From an uncultured virus (IMG/VR IMGVR_UViG_3300033074_001078) (lineage: Duplodnaviria > Heunggongvirae > Uroviricota > Caudoviricetes): 64,000 nt of DNA. Positions 9,683-17,976 of the stretch are shown here, in pieces. Position 1 is the stretch's first letter. The number at the start of each line of letters is the position of its first letter. Made by a program: the position numbers and the translations under genes. The stretch lies in the IMG/VR virus record IMGVR_UViG_3300033074_001078; one strand, 5' to 3'. Under the pieces are notes generated by a model. It had not been told where the DNA came from. It was given only the letters and a program-made list of their open reading frames with translations, and did not search any database.

Positions 9683-11664
9683 TCTGCTTCTCCCCAGCTC
9701 GGTCCAATTTCGATATCGACCATGGATGGAACTGTGAGCTTTACGCCTTCTCGCATGATTGCGGCAATTTTTTCTGCTTCAGCGCGGTCACCAACGCTTA
9801 GATCAAGTTCGTCGTGAACTTGGAGTTGAAGGTAGAAACCAGCGGCGTCAACGTCAACGATTGACTTCTTCGTTTGGTCAGCGGCAGAACCTTGAATGAG
9901 CCGGTTCAAACCCTTGTGCGTCCAGTCGAAGGTGCCATCCTGTTTCTCAGGGAAGCGGCAACGGCGACCGAGGAGCGTGCGAATGAAGCCCTTGCGCTTG
10001 GCTTGGGCTGCAACCCGTTTCGCTAGATCGCCGGGGTATGGTGCCGCCTCGTTGAACTTGTCCAGCACCACTTGGGCTTCTTCGCCGGCGACTTCGTTTA
10101 TGCGTCCACCGTTTTCCATGCGATAGCGCAACGCTTCGCCTCTGGTGGCGTGGTAGGTTGTCGATTCGCTTCTGTTATCGGGGAACACTGCCCAACGGGT
10201 TGGAAGCCCAAGGTCCGACGACAGCTTTGCGCCGCCTTCGCCGTAACATAGCCCTAGGAAAATGTTCTTGGCATACTTGCGCGGCAACCCCGTCAAGTCA
10301 GCCATCATCTGGTGATTGTCGGTTGCAGGGTCATTTCGATAACGGTCAGCCGCTTCTTCAGCGCCACGACAACGCGATAGCTCTGCAAAGTGTGTTAGGA
10401 TGCGCGGCTCTTGCTGTGAGTAGTCACATGAAGCCCAAAGCGCACCCTCTTCGGGTAGATAGATGGAGCGCCACCGCTTTGCGAAGTCATCGCGCGCCGG
10501 TTGCTGTTGGAGATTAGGGTGTTCACACGACATGCGCCCAAAGCGAGCGCCCTTCATGCCGCCCGTCGCCTCGTCCTCGCGCGCCATCTGGTTCATCGTG
10601 CAGTGAATGCGACCGTTGACCAAGTAGTCCTGCACACTTTGGGCGAACGTGGTGCGGAGCTTGTTGACCTTGCGCGCATAGAGGATCTTATCGGCGACAG
10701 GATGCTTGGCCGAAGTCAACAGCTTCTTGTCAACACTGATGTTACCCTTTTCGGTCATGCTAGGTGCGATGCCTTGCGTGGCCAGCACTTGAGCAACCAG
10801 TTCCGAGTTCATCACGTTCTCGGACGACAGCTTGATGCCGCTCAACCGTGATACTTCAGCAAGCGCCGCTTGCTCTTCAACGATAGTCCACTTCCTCACG
10901 TCCTCAAGGCGTTGCTCATCCACGCGCACGCCGCGCCACCGCATACGAACGAGCGCCGGTAGCAGTGCGCTTTCCAAGTCGTATATCTGTTGAAGCCCAT
11001 CCTCTTCAATCTGGCGCTCTTGCTTACGCAACACTTGAAGCGGTAGCTCTGCGTCCATAACAGCGTATGGACCAACGAACTTCGCTGGTAAGCGCCACAT
11101 GCCGAGCTTCGCATCAACACTGTATGCCGCCGCCGCTTCGCGTAGGAGCGACTCGCTCTTACCTTCAAAGCCCCAACGCAACGCGATGTTCTGTAGCGAG
11201 TACGACTGATGCAGTTCGTAAAGCACCGCTTCGGCAATTTGCACGTCGCGCACTTTGCAGCCGCGATTGAATTCGATCTTGTCGGCCAGCAACCACCCAA
11301 GGTCGTACTGGAGGTTCATGCCTACCAGCGTTCCAGTGAAGCGGGCGGCTTCATGCCTGAACCATGCCAGCGTCTGCTGAACGTCTTCCATGTTGCCCGC
11401 GTCGTGACCTTCATGGCGAAGCGGCAAGTAGAAGCTAGGACCATCTTCAATGGCGACGCTGATACCGACCATGTAGCTATTCGGTCGCCCTATATTGCCA
11501 GGGCCGAACTCACTCAGGTATGTGTCACGCGTTTCTGTATCAACGCTGATGCGCTTGGCTGTCCCCCATGCAGGGAGCTCGCTCAGCCGTGGCGTCTTCC
11601 AATCACTATGAGGTGCGAGCAAGGGTAACTGGAGCGTTCCCTTCGGGGCTTTCATAGTGGCCAT
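9679..11664 (-). CDS. polA: family A DNA polymerase with 3'-5' exonuclease
   Basis: ExoI VDTET, motif A DYSQQEPR, motif B RKYAKNIFLGLCYG, motif C VHDEL. Confidence 0.95.
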   Translation of the reverse strand: MATMKAPKGTLQLPLLAPHSDWKTPRLSELPAWGTAKRISVDTETRDTYLSEFGPGNIGRPNSYMVGISVAIEDGPSFYLPLRHEGHDAGNMEDVQQTLAWFRHEAARFTGTLVGMNLQYDLGWLLADKIEFNRGCKVRDVQIAEAVLYELHQSYSLQNIALRWGFEGKSESLLREAAAAYSVDAKLGMWRLPAKFVGPYAVMDAELPLQVLRKQERQIEEDGLQQIYDLESALLPALVRMRWRGVRVDEQRLEDVRKWTIVEEQAALAEVSRLSGIKLSSENVMNSELVAQVLATQGIAPSMTEKGNISVDKKLLTSAKHPVADKILYARKVNKLRTTFAQSVQDYLVNGRIHCTMNQMAREDEATGGMKGARFGRMSCEHPNLQQQPARDDFAKRWRSIYLPEEGALWASCDYSQQEPRILTHFAELSRCRGAEEAADRYRNDPATDNHQMMADLTGLPRKYAKNIFLGLCYGEGGAKLSSDLGLPTRWAVFPDNRSESTTYHATRGEALRYRMENGGRINEVAGEEAQVVLDKFNEAAPYPGDLAKRVAAQAKRKGFIRTLLGRRCRFPEKQDGTFDWTHKGLNRLIQGSAADQTKKSIVDVDAAGFYLQLQVHDELDLSVGDRAEAEKIAAIMREGVKLTVPSMVDIEIGPSWGEAE

Positions 11665-11667
11665 GTG

Positions 11668-12045
11668 TTAAGCCGGATAGCGAATGTGAATGAGCGTGGT
11701 CAAATCGTCTTCGATCATTTGCAGATCGGCCGCTGTTTTCCAGGTGAAGACCCTGGACATAATCGACGCCTCCTTAGGTTCAAAGGGAAACAAGAACTTG
11801 ATGAGCAGGTCCATTTCAACGCGCGCCGTGTTGCTGTAGTTGACGACGCGCTCAACTTCGCGCACCTTCTGTAGGAAGTGCAGCGCCTTGTCCAAGTCTT
11901 GCTTGCCGTTCTTTTGCGCGTGGCGCGAAATGTATTTTGTCACCTGAGCTTCAAGGTACGGGATCGAGCAGTCAACCACGAAATCCCAATGCTGATAGCC
12001 CTTGCGATAGTGATCGCCGCCAACCTGTCGGTCGTTCGCGCCCAT
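11668..12045 (-). CDS. DUF3310 family, putative nucleotide kinase
   Basis: QVGGDHY...QHWD...KYISR...KNGKQDLDKA. Confidence 0.8.
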   Translation of the reverse strand: MGANDRQVGGDHYRKGYQHWDFVVDCSIPYLEAQVTKYISRHAQKNGKQDLDKALHFLQKVREVERVVNYSNTARVEMDLLIKFLFPFEPKEASIMSRVFTWKTAADLQMIEDDLTTLIHIRYPA

Positions 12046-12618
12046 TTAGTCCTCCATAACTTGGCGAAACATTGCACCAGCGCCGATTGGAAGCAATTCA
12101 TGCTTCGGTGGAACACCGGCCTTAAGCGTTAGCATCTTAAACAGCCGGTCGGCCGGTGCAGGGAGTTCCGACATTGAAAGGTAGAAGGCGATTTCTTCCT
12201 CGACCTCACGCGCGAATTGGTTGCCCTGCAACCGCTGTTCGATTGCCCAAAGGTAGAGCTCAAGGCGATCGACCGCCTTGAGCTTGTCGTACTGGTCGCC
12301 GGTGAGGTTCGACAGATCGGCGACACCGTACCGCTCGTTCACGCGCTCTTCGATGCCTTCGAGGAGCTCGCGCGTGTTGGTGTAACGGATCGTTGGTGAA
12401 GGGATGTCACCAACCACGGCTTCGGCCACGTCATGCGTCAGCACTGCAAGCGCCATACTAGGGAACTCATCCGGCCAAAGCGCATGGAACAACATAGCCG
12501 CGCCCCATGAGTGCTCAGCAACGCTATAGACGCCGGTGATTTGCACGTTATGACAGCGTCGCACACGTCCGCCGGCTCGCACTTGAATAACGCGGAAGAG
12601 TAGATCATGCTCACTCAT
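12046..12618 (-). CDS. HD-domain nucleotide phosphohydrolase
   Basis: SVAEHS, LTHDVAEAVVGDIPSP and KAVDRLE (YfbR-like). Confidence 0.88.
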   Translation of the reverse strand: MSEHDLLFRVIQVRAGGRVRRCHNVQITGVYSVAEHSWGAAMLFHALWPDEFPSMALAVLTHDVAEAVVGDIPSPTIRYTNTRELLEGIEERVNERYGVADLSNLTGDQYDKLKAVDRLELYLWAIEQRLQGNQFAREVEEEIAFYLSMSELPAPADRLFKMLTLKAGVPPKHELLPIGAGAMFRQVMED

Positions 12619-13654
12619 AGGAAACCCCGTCATCGGCCTTCGCAAGCCATTTGCTGAAACGCAAGTCGATCCACTGATAGGCCACAGCCTTCCAGTCCCA
12701 CGACGTTATCTGTGACGCAATTTCCTTCGCGCCGATATAGCGGTCTTGACCACGGTTCTTCTTATAGTGCTTGAAAGCGCACAACATTGGGATGACCACG
12801 CCGCTGAGGAACGGGTCGGTCGCCGCAATCTTGCTGTTTTCGTTGATGACCGCTTGGAGTTCCATGTCCCATTGCGCCTTGGGTACGCTCATCAGCGGTA
12901 CTGGAGGCGGCGAACCAGGGTAAGGCGAGCTCGGCTGCGTGTAGGGCGGCGCAACGCAATGGATTCCAATGGTACGAATCAGCTCGAAGTGTGGTTCGTA
13001 AATGTGGAAGTCGTCGCTCACTTGCGCGTAGTAACCGCACTCGCGGCCCAAGGAGGCGGCGATGTACTCCTGCAACATGCTGAAGTGAACAGCGTTCGCG
13101 CCGTATGCACCCCAGACAATGTCGTTCGACCGGCAGAACACGGTCATGCAGAGTTTTTCGTTTATGACGCGGAAGTGCGCGATCATGTTGCATGGCACGT
13201 CCAAGCCGCCGCTTGCGCCTTTGATGAGGTCTTCGCGTGGATCCCACATGCCAAGCACCACGCGCCGGTCATTTGGGTTTTCATCAAGCTGCTTGATGCA
13301 CTGCTCAAGCTGGTCGTATCCAAAGTATTTGCGCCAGCGCCAGCCATACGCGCCCCAAAGGACAGAGCCGTTGTCCGAGTACGTTTTCATATTCGAGGCG
13401 TAGTAAGAAACCCCGTCAACGTCATTGCGCCCTAGCAGCATCCACAGGCTTTCAAACAGGTGGAAGAATGGGTTCGCGTCGCGCTGCGGCCAAAACAGAA
13501 CGCGCTCGGTTGGGTTTGAATAAACCGTGGTGACAGGACCAGGGCTGGTCTTCACCTTGCCGTTGCGTGACTTCAGCTCAATGCCGTAGTCGCGCAAGTA
13601 AATCAGCCCTTCGGGCAGTGCGTCGTGAACATTGCGAACGTTGATAACGTGCAT
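12611..13654 (-). CDS. thymidylate synthase homolog, probable dUMP hydroxymethyltransferase
   Basis: AYGWRWR, DRRVV, catalytic DVPCN and RSNDIVWGAYGAN; start MHVINV at 13654 after GGAGG. Confidence 0.85.
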   Translation of the reverse strand: MHVINVRNVHDALPEGLIYLRDYGIELKSRNGKVKTSPGPVTTVYSNPTERVLFWPQRDANPFFHLFESLWMLLGRNDVDGVSYYASNMKTYSDNGSVLWGAYGWRWRKYFGYDQLEQCIKQLDENPNDRRVVLGMWDPREDLIKGASGGLDVPCNMIAHFRVINEKLCMTVFCRSNDIVWGAYGANAVHFSMLQEYIAASLGRECGYYAQVSDDFHIYEPHFELIRTIGIHCVAPPYTQPSSPYPGSPPPVPLMSVPKAQWDMELQAVINENSKIAATDPFLSGVVIPMLCAFKHYKKNRGQDRYIGAKEIASQITSWDWKAVAYQWIDLRFSKWLAKADDGVSYE

Positions 13655-13685
13655 GATAGAACCTCCCAATAACTGCAACGATGCC

Positions 13686-14525
13686 TTAAGCCGCGCGCCG
13701 TTGTAAACCCTGCTCGTAAGCCTTCTTCCACTGGATAGTGACGTCGGTTCGCTCGGCGAACTCTGTCGCTTGCTTTGAGCCAGCCGCTTGCTCTGCGGCC
13801 TTGCTGCGCTTGATCTTGGTTGACACGATGCCGGGGTGCAGCGCTGCCATCGCGTGCGCCGCTGCGTCCTGCATTTCGTGTGTTCGATAGTCGGAGCAGC
13901 CGCCACCCTTCTGCGTGTAGCTCTGGTCTTGTGCGTACTTATAGACGCACACATTAGGCAAGCCGCGCTCTAGTAGTTGAAGTAGCACGTCGAAGTCTTC
14001 CATAACCGGAACGCGGTTGTGCAAGCACTCGTTGAACGGCTCCGTTTGAAACGCCAGGAAGCGCACGAGGCGCGCGTTTTCTTCGGTGAAGACGTCCTTG
14101 CGGTTGTTCGACATACGCATCGAAATTCCGGCTGCGGCGTACTTGCCTTGAAGCAGCTCGTCAACGTACTCGAACATCTCCCGCGTGTCGTCGTCGGTGC
14201 AGTTCGTCAGCTGCCATGCTTTAGGGTCATCAAAGTCCTTACGCCGTGCAAAGCGTAAGTCGTCGTCGAGCATGACAAACCGCTTCACGCCCGCTTGGGC
14301 TGCGTTCTTGCCGATCCATTCGCGTGTGGCGGCGATGCCTTTCGCGGCCGTCCCAAGGATGCGCGTGTTCTGGCGTAGGTGGCGTTCACCGGCTGCAAGG
14401 TACTTGCTCACCTCATCGTTCGGCACGACGATGTTGACCGGGATATCGTCGGGAATCTTCGACCAGACGTTGGTCGCCCAAAGGTGCGCGCGTGAGCGCG
14501 ACGGTATGTAGATCTTCATTTCCAT
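13686..14525 (-). CDS. GT-A glycosyltransferase (TAGT/GREB1/base-J glucosyltransferase-like)
   Basis: IYIPSRSR, IAATREWI, MLDDDL (DxD), EDFDVLLQLL and GGGCS. Confidence 0.72.
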   Translation of the reverse strand: MEMKIYIPSRSRAHLWATNVWSKIPDDIPVNIVVPNDEVSKYLAAGERHLRQNTRILGTAAKGIAATREWIGKNAAQAGVKRFVMLDDDLRFARRKDFDDPKAWQLTNCTDDDTREMFEYVDELLQGKYAAAGISMRMSNNRKDVFTEENARLVRFLAFQTEPFNECLHNRVPVMEDFDVLLQLLERGLPNVCVYKYAQDQSYTQKGGGCSDYRTHEMQDAAAHAMAALHPGIVSTKIKRSKAAEQAAGSKQATEFAERTDVTIQWKKAYEQGLQRRAA

Positions 14526-15529
14526 CACTGATCCTCCCAAGGGCGCTTGACTGGTTGTGTTAACGGGCCATCGGCCAGCGCGGCGGCGATAGCAGCGTTA
14601 TCATCTGCGCTGCACTCTAGCAAGGTTTCCTTCCCCTTCTTATCGGGGAGTAGCCCAATGCGATACGACGTGGCGTTGCAGCCATCGCAAGGGCCGAAGT
14701 CGCGCTGGCCATGATAGAGCTTCTTGCGCGCTGCGGTGAAGCGTTCATTGAGCCAGAGTTCCTCTAGCGGCGTGCTTGCAATGTTGCCGATGACGTACTC
14801 GCCGCGCCAGTCGTTGCAGCAAAGCGCAATCCCACCGTCCCACCGGAAGCTGAGCTCACGGAACGGTTTCGCACACCGCTTGCCAGCTTGACTCCAGTCT
14901 TTGGGAGCACCGGCTCCAGCATGGTTGTTGAGGTCGGCGTGTGTACCACTGGTGTTGAGGTCTATGGGCCGGATGAAGATCAACCGCTTGTATGACTTGC
15001 GCTGGTGCGGGTTGCCTTCGTCATCGTCGGGATAGTTGAATAGTCGAATGTCGTTACCAACGCCGTTCTTAAGCGACTTGATGCCCTTCAAGTTCGCAAG
15101 CCTTAGCTCCTTGCAGATGGACGCCTTTAGCTTGCCGACGATGGGGATGTCTTGATACTCATCGATCGCCAGCGTGTCAAGCCCTGCATCAAGGCAAGCG
15201 AGCATTGAAAACGGCGCTCCCTTGAGCAAGCCGCCACCGTTCGACGTCATCATAATGTGGTGGCGCGGTAGGTGCTTGCGGAACATCGCAATGATTTCGA
15301 GGCATTGCGGGTTCATGGTTGGTTCGCCGTGCATGGCAAACTCAATGCGCGATGTCCAGCCGCAGCGCTTGATTTCGGTAGCGATGCGCTCAGCCAGATC
15401 GACGGTGAGGAGCTGGAAATTGTTTTCCTTGCCGCGTATGCCGTTCAACCCGCAGAACGTGCAACGCAGATTGCAGCCCTCAGCCATTTCAACCTGAATG
15501 GCAAAGGGTGCTTCTTGTTCATACGTCAT
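14525..15529 (-). CDS. radical SAM enzyme with SPASM/twitch domain
   Basis: CNLRCTFC, HGEPT, MTSNG; C-terminal CAKPF...CCND...IGNI...CDGC. Confidence 0.9.
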   Translation of the reverse strand: MTYEQEAPFAIQVEMAEGCNLRCTFCGLNGIRGKENNFQLLTVDLAERIATEIKRCGWTSRIEFAMHGEPTMNPQCLEIIAMFRKHLPRHHIMMTSNGGGLLKGAPFSMLACLDAGLDTLAIDEYQDIPIVGKLKASICKELRLANLKGIKSLKNGVGNDIRLFNYPDDDEGNPHQRKSYKRLIFIRPIDLNTSGTHADLNNHAGAGAPKDWSQAGKRCAKPFRELSFRWDGGIALCCNDWRGEYVIGNIASTPLEELWLNERFTAARKKLYHGQRDFGPCDGCNATSYRIGLLPDKKGKETLLECSADDNAAIAAALADGPLTQPVKRPWEDQ

Positions 15530-16469
15530 GTGTCAGCTCCATATATTGCTGAGCGATCTTTGCCGAATTGTGATTGGCTTGCAAGTACTCCCAAGCCGGT
15601 GTCGGGTCGTATGGCTCAGGGTCGCGTGCCAGCACTGCGGCAAGTTCTTCAGCGCTGCTGACCCCAACCGCCAATGAACGCATGATGCCAGGGTACGACA
15701 ACCACTTGGAATGAGCGATGATGCGGCAACCGCAGTCCATGGCTTCGAGGAAGGTGTATTGCGTACCGCCTCCGTCATCCTTAAACACGGTGAGGTCCAC
15801 AAGGTGATAGGCGTCGCGCAGGAAGGCGTGTCCACCGTTGAAGGTGACAGGGTAGCCCCGGCCCTTGCCAAGCTCTGGATGCTTGAGCCTGAACCAGCGT
15901 TCGACCTCGCCCAACAGTTCAACGCGCCGGTTGGGTTCAAGCGCCACGTTAGCCTCCAACACCAGTTCCGAGTTCTTTATGGAGCTGGTGCGCGCCGTGC
16001 TGACCGCGTGCTTAGGCCGCTCGTGCGCTGGCAACAGGCTTGACGCGTCCAAGTCCGATGCGTAGGGGTGCGGGATCAGCGTTGCCTTGGGCATGGCCAG
16101 CAAGCCGGTTTCACGTATGCCAATGACCCGCTCAGCACAACCGGCTTCAGGCCAGTGTGGATAGAGCTTAAACTCGTTAGGATCGTGAAACACGCGCCAG
16201 AAGTCCGGCCGCTTGAGTAGGGTGTAAACCGTTTCAATCGGCATGTGTGGGTCGCCGGAAGCGAGTAGCAGCGGCCCATCCAAATCCATGGCGTCTTCGA
16301 GGCTGAAGATTTGGTACTTGAAGTCCAGTGCGCCTTGCCTTGGGTTGCGCTCAGTGCGCGCGCCAATGCGTATGACCCGCGCGTTTTCGCCTAGCACGCG
16401 CGCCAAGTGTGCAACGTAAGTGACCGCCCCGCCCAATCGGTACGGAGCTTGATTGATGATGTTGAGCAT
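15519..16469 (-). CDS. GT-B glycosyltransferase
   Basis: N-terminal GGAVTYVAHL loop, ARTSSIKN and GGGTQYTFLEAMDCG. Confidence 0.72.
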   Translation of the reverse strand: MLNIINQAPYRLGGAVTYVAHLARVLGENARVIRIGARTERNPRQGALDFKYQIFSLEDAMDLDGPLLLASGDPHMPIETVYTLLKRPDFWRVFHDPNEFKLYPHWPEAGCAERVIGIRETGLLAMPKATLIPHPYASDLDASSLLPAHERPKHAVSTARTSSIKNSELVLEANVALEPNRRVELLGEVERWFRLKHPELGKGRGYPVTFNGGHAFLRDAYHLVDLTVFKDDGGGTQYTFLEAMDCGCRIIAHSKWLSYPGIMRSLAVGVSSAEELAAVLARDPEPYDPTPAWEYLQANHNSAKIAQQYMELTHDV

Positions 16470-16480
16470 GTGTTCGGCCT

Positions 16481-17404
16481 TTAGGTTTTCGGGCGGTAGC
16501 GGTTGCGGAGTGAAGTGGCTGCACCAGTGCGGACGCGTTCATATTTATCCCATTCACAAAGCTGGAATTGGATATCATGTAGCGTGAGCGTCCCGTACTT
16601 GGAAGGCCAGTACTGCCAGCGTAGCACATGCACCATCTGCATGATCTCGTAGAACGTGGCCTCACCGCCGAGCGCAGTGCTTGGGATATCAACATTCTTG
16701 CGTGTGGCCAGCAAGCGCGCAACACCACGACGAGCGCCTGGACCGCATGGTGTCCAGGTTTCTTCATCGCGTATGCCGTTCGGCCACATGGCTGGACAGA
16801 ACATGGTGTCGAGCAGCACTTCCTTCGTCATAAAGCCGCTGCCCTTGAAGCCTATGAACATACGCATTTCGGTCGCCGTTTGTTCCCAGCTCCTCGACTG
16901 CTCAGCAACCGCAGTGACAGCGCCAGCGCCTTCCCACAGAGGCAATAGGATTTCGTTCGCTACGAAATCCGGCTTGCTTCCCGTCTTGCCGTTCATGGTG
17001 ATCATGTAGGCGCTGGTGAACACCTTGTCGCCTGACTTGCGTATGGTGGCGGCGACGTCGATCAAGCACTTCGGGTCGAACTCATCGATGAAACCCAAAG
17101 CGCGGGCGAACCGCTCCGTCCCAAAGTAGCGGAAGGTCGCGCACGTTATCAGCGCCGTGCGCGCCGTGGCGTGCGAGGCGGCTGCGTCGTATATCTCCTT
17201 GAAGGCTTGCGTGGTGCGGTCGTGGACGCGCCTCACGTTGGTGAATTTGAACTCGCGCAGTATGGGGTCATCCGTCCACGGGAACGGCTCTCCAACCGAG
17301 CGCTTGACACGTATGGTTTCGCGTTCGACCATGAACGCATAGAAAGCGCGCACGCGCGCCTGAAACTCAGGCGCTGCGGCAACGAGGTCGGGGGCGTGGC
17401 TCAT
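16481..17404 (-). CDS. 5-hmdU DNA kinase-type protein (aGPT-Pplase clade 1)
   Basis: ERETIR...PWTDDPILREFKFTNVRRVHDRTT, GPGARRG and IQFQLCEWDKY. Confidence 0.82.
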   Translation of the reverse strand: MSHAPDLVAAAPEFQARVRAFYAFMVERETIRVKRSVGEPFPWTDDPILREFKFTNVRRVHDRTTQAFKEIYDAAASHATARTALITCATFRYFGTERFARALGFIDEFDPKCLIDVAATIRKSGDKVFTSAYMITMNGKTGSKPDFVANEILLPLWEGAGAVTAVAEQSRSWEQTATEMRMFIGFKGSGFMTKEVLLDTMFCPAMWPNGIRDEETWTPCGPGARRGVARLLATRKNVDIPSTALGGEATFYEIMQMVHVLRWQYWPSKYGTLTLHDIQFQLCEWDKYERVRTGAATSLRNRYRPKT

Positions 17405-17829
17405 GCGCGATGTGGTGACTTGACGGTGATGAACCCTTTGCGCGTGTCGTAGTTTATGTCAGCGCGCAACACCCCGGCTTCAATGGCGTCAGACACAGTC
17501 ATGCCGTCTTCATAGAGTGCAAACCGCGCCGCTGACTTGCCACGCTTGGGGTTTTCGGTCACGTTGAGGGTGATGACGTGGTCATCGCTGTGTAGCTGGG
17601 ACTTGCCGCCGCGCTCGCGCTCAAGGCGCTTGGGCTTGTTAGGCTGCTCGACGGGGACTTCTTCACCTAGCTTCCAAAGCGCTTCAATGCCGGTTGGCTT
17701 GTCGCGAAACGACTTGATAGGTTTGCTCGGGTTGCAGCGGTTGCGAAGCGCCACCAATTCGCCAAGTGACAGCTTCGCTAGATCGGCTTGCGTGTAGAGC
17801 TTGCCGTTTATGACTCGATGACTTTGCAT
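17401..17829 (-). CDS. small basic putative DNA-binding protein
   Basis: basic ORF with NPKRGKSAARFALYEDGMTV; first gene after promoter P4. Confidence 0.6.
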   Translation of the reverse strand: MQSHRVINGKLYTQADLAKLSLGELVALRNRCNPSKPIKSFRDKPTGIEALWKLGEEVPVEQPNKPKRLERERGGKSQLHSDDHVITLNVTENPKRGKSAARFALYEDGMTVSDAIEAGVLRADINYDTRKGFITVKSPHRA

Positions 17830-17877
17830 TGTGATCCCTTCCCATAGGGGACACGCAAGATTGCGCGTCTAAGGGAA

Positions 17878-17906
17878 TTTATACTCAAGTCGCGCGCCGT
17901 TGTAAA
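17878..17906 (-). promoter_or_regulatory. near-consensus sigma70 promoter P4
   Basis: TTTACA-17 nt-TATAAA. Confidence 0.75.
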
Positions 17907-17911
17907 GCGAT

Positions 17912-17950
17912 AAATAGAAACGGGGCGGGTTACTAACAACCCGCCCCGTT
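17912..17950 (-). terminator. rho-independent terminator after RNR
   Basis: AACGGGGCGGGTT/AACCCGCCCCGTT stem followed by TCTATTT. Confidence 0.8.
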
Positions 17951-17976
17951 CTGCACTTGCTATGCTGCGGCTAGGC

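Noticed and set aside
12046..12618. DatZ / 2-aminoadenine (dZ) pathway
   Set aside because: HD domain present but no PurZ homolog; the context points to pyrimidine modification
14525..15529. QueE / 7-deazaguanine pathway
   Set aside because: no FolE, QueD, QueC or DpdA recognised, and the enzyme has a SPASM-type C-terminus
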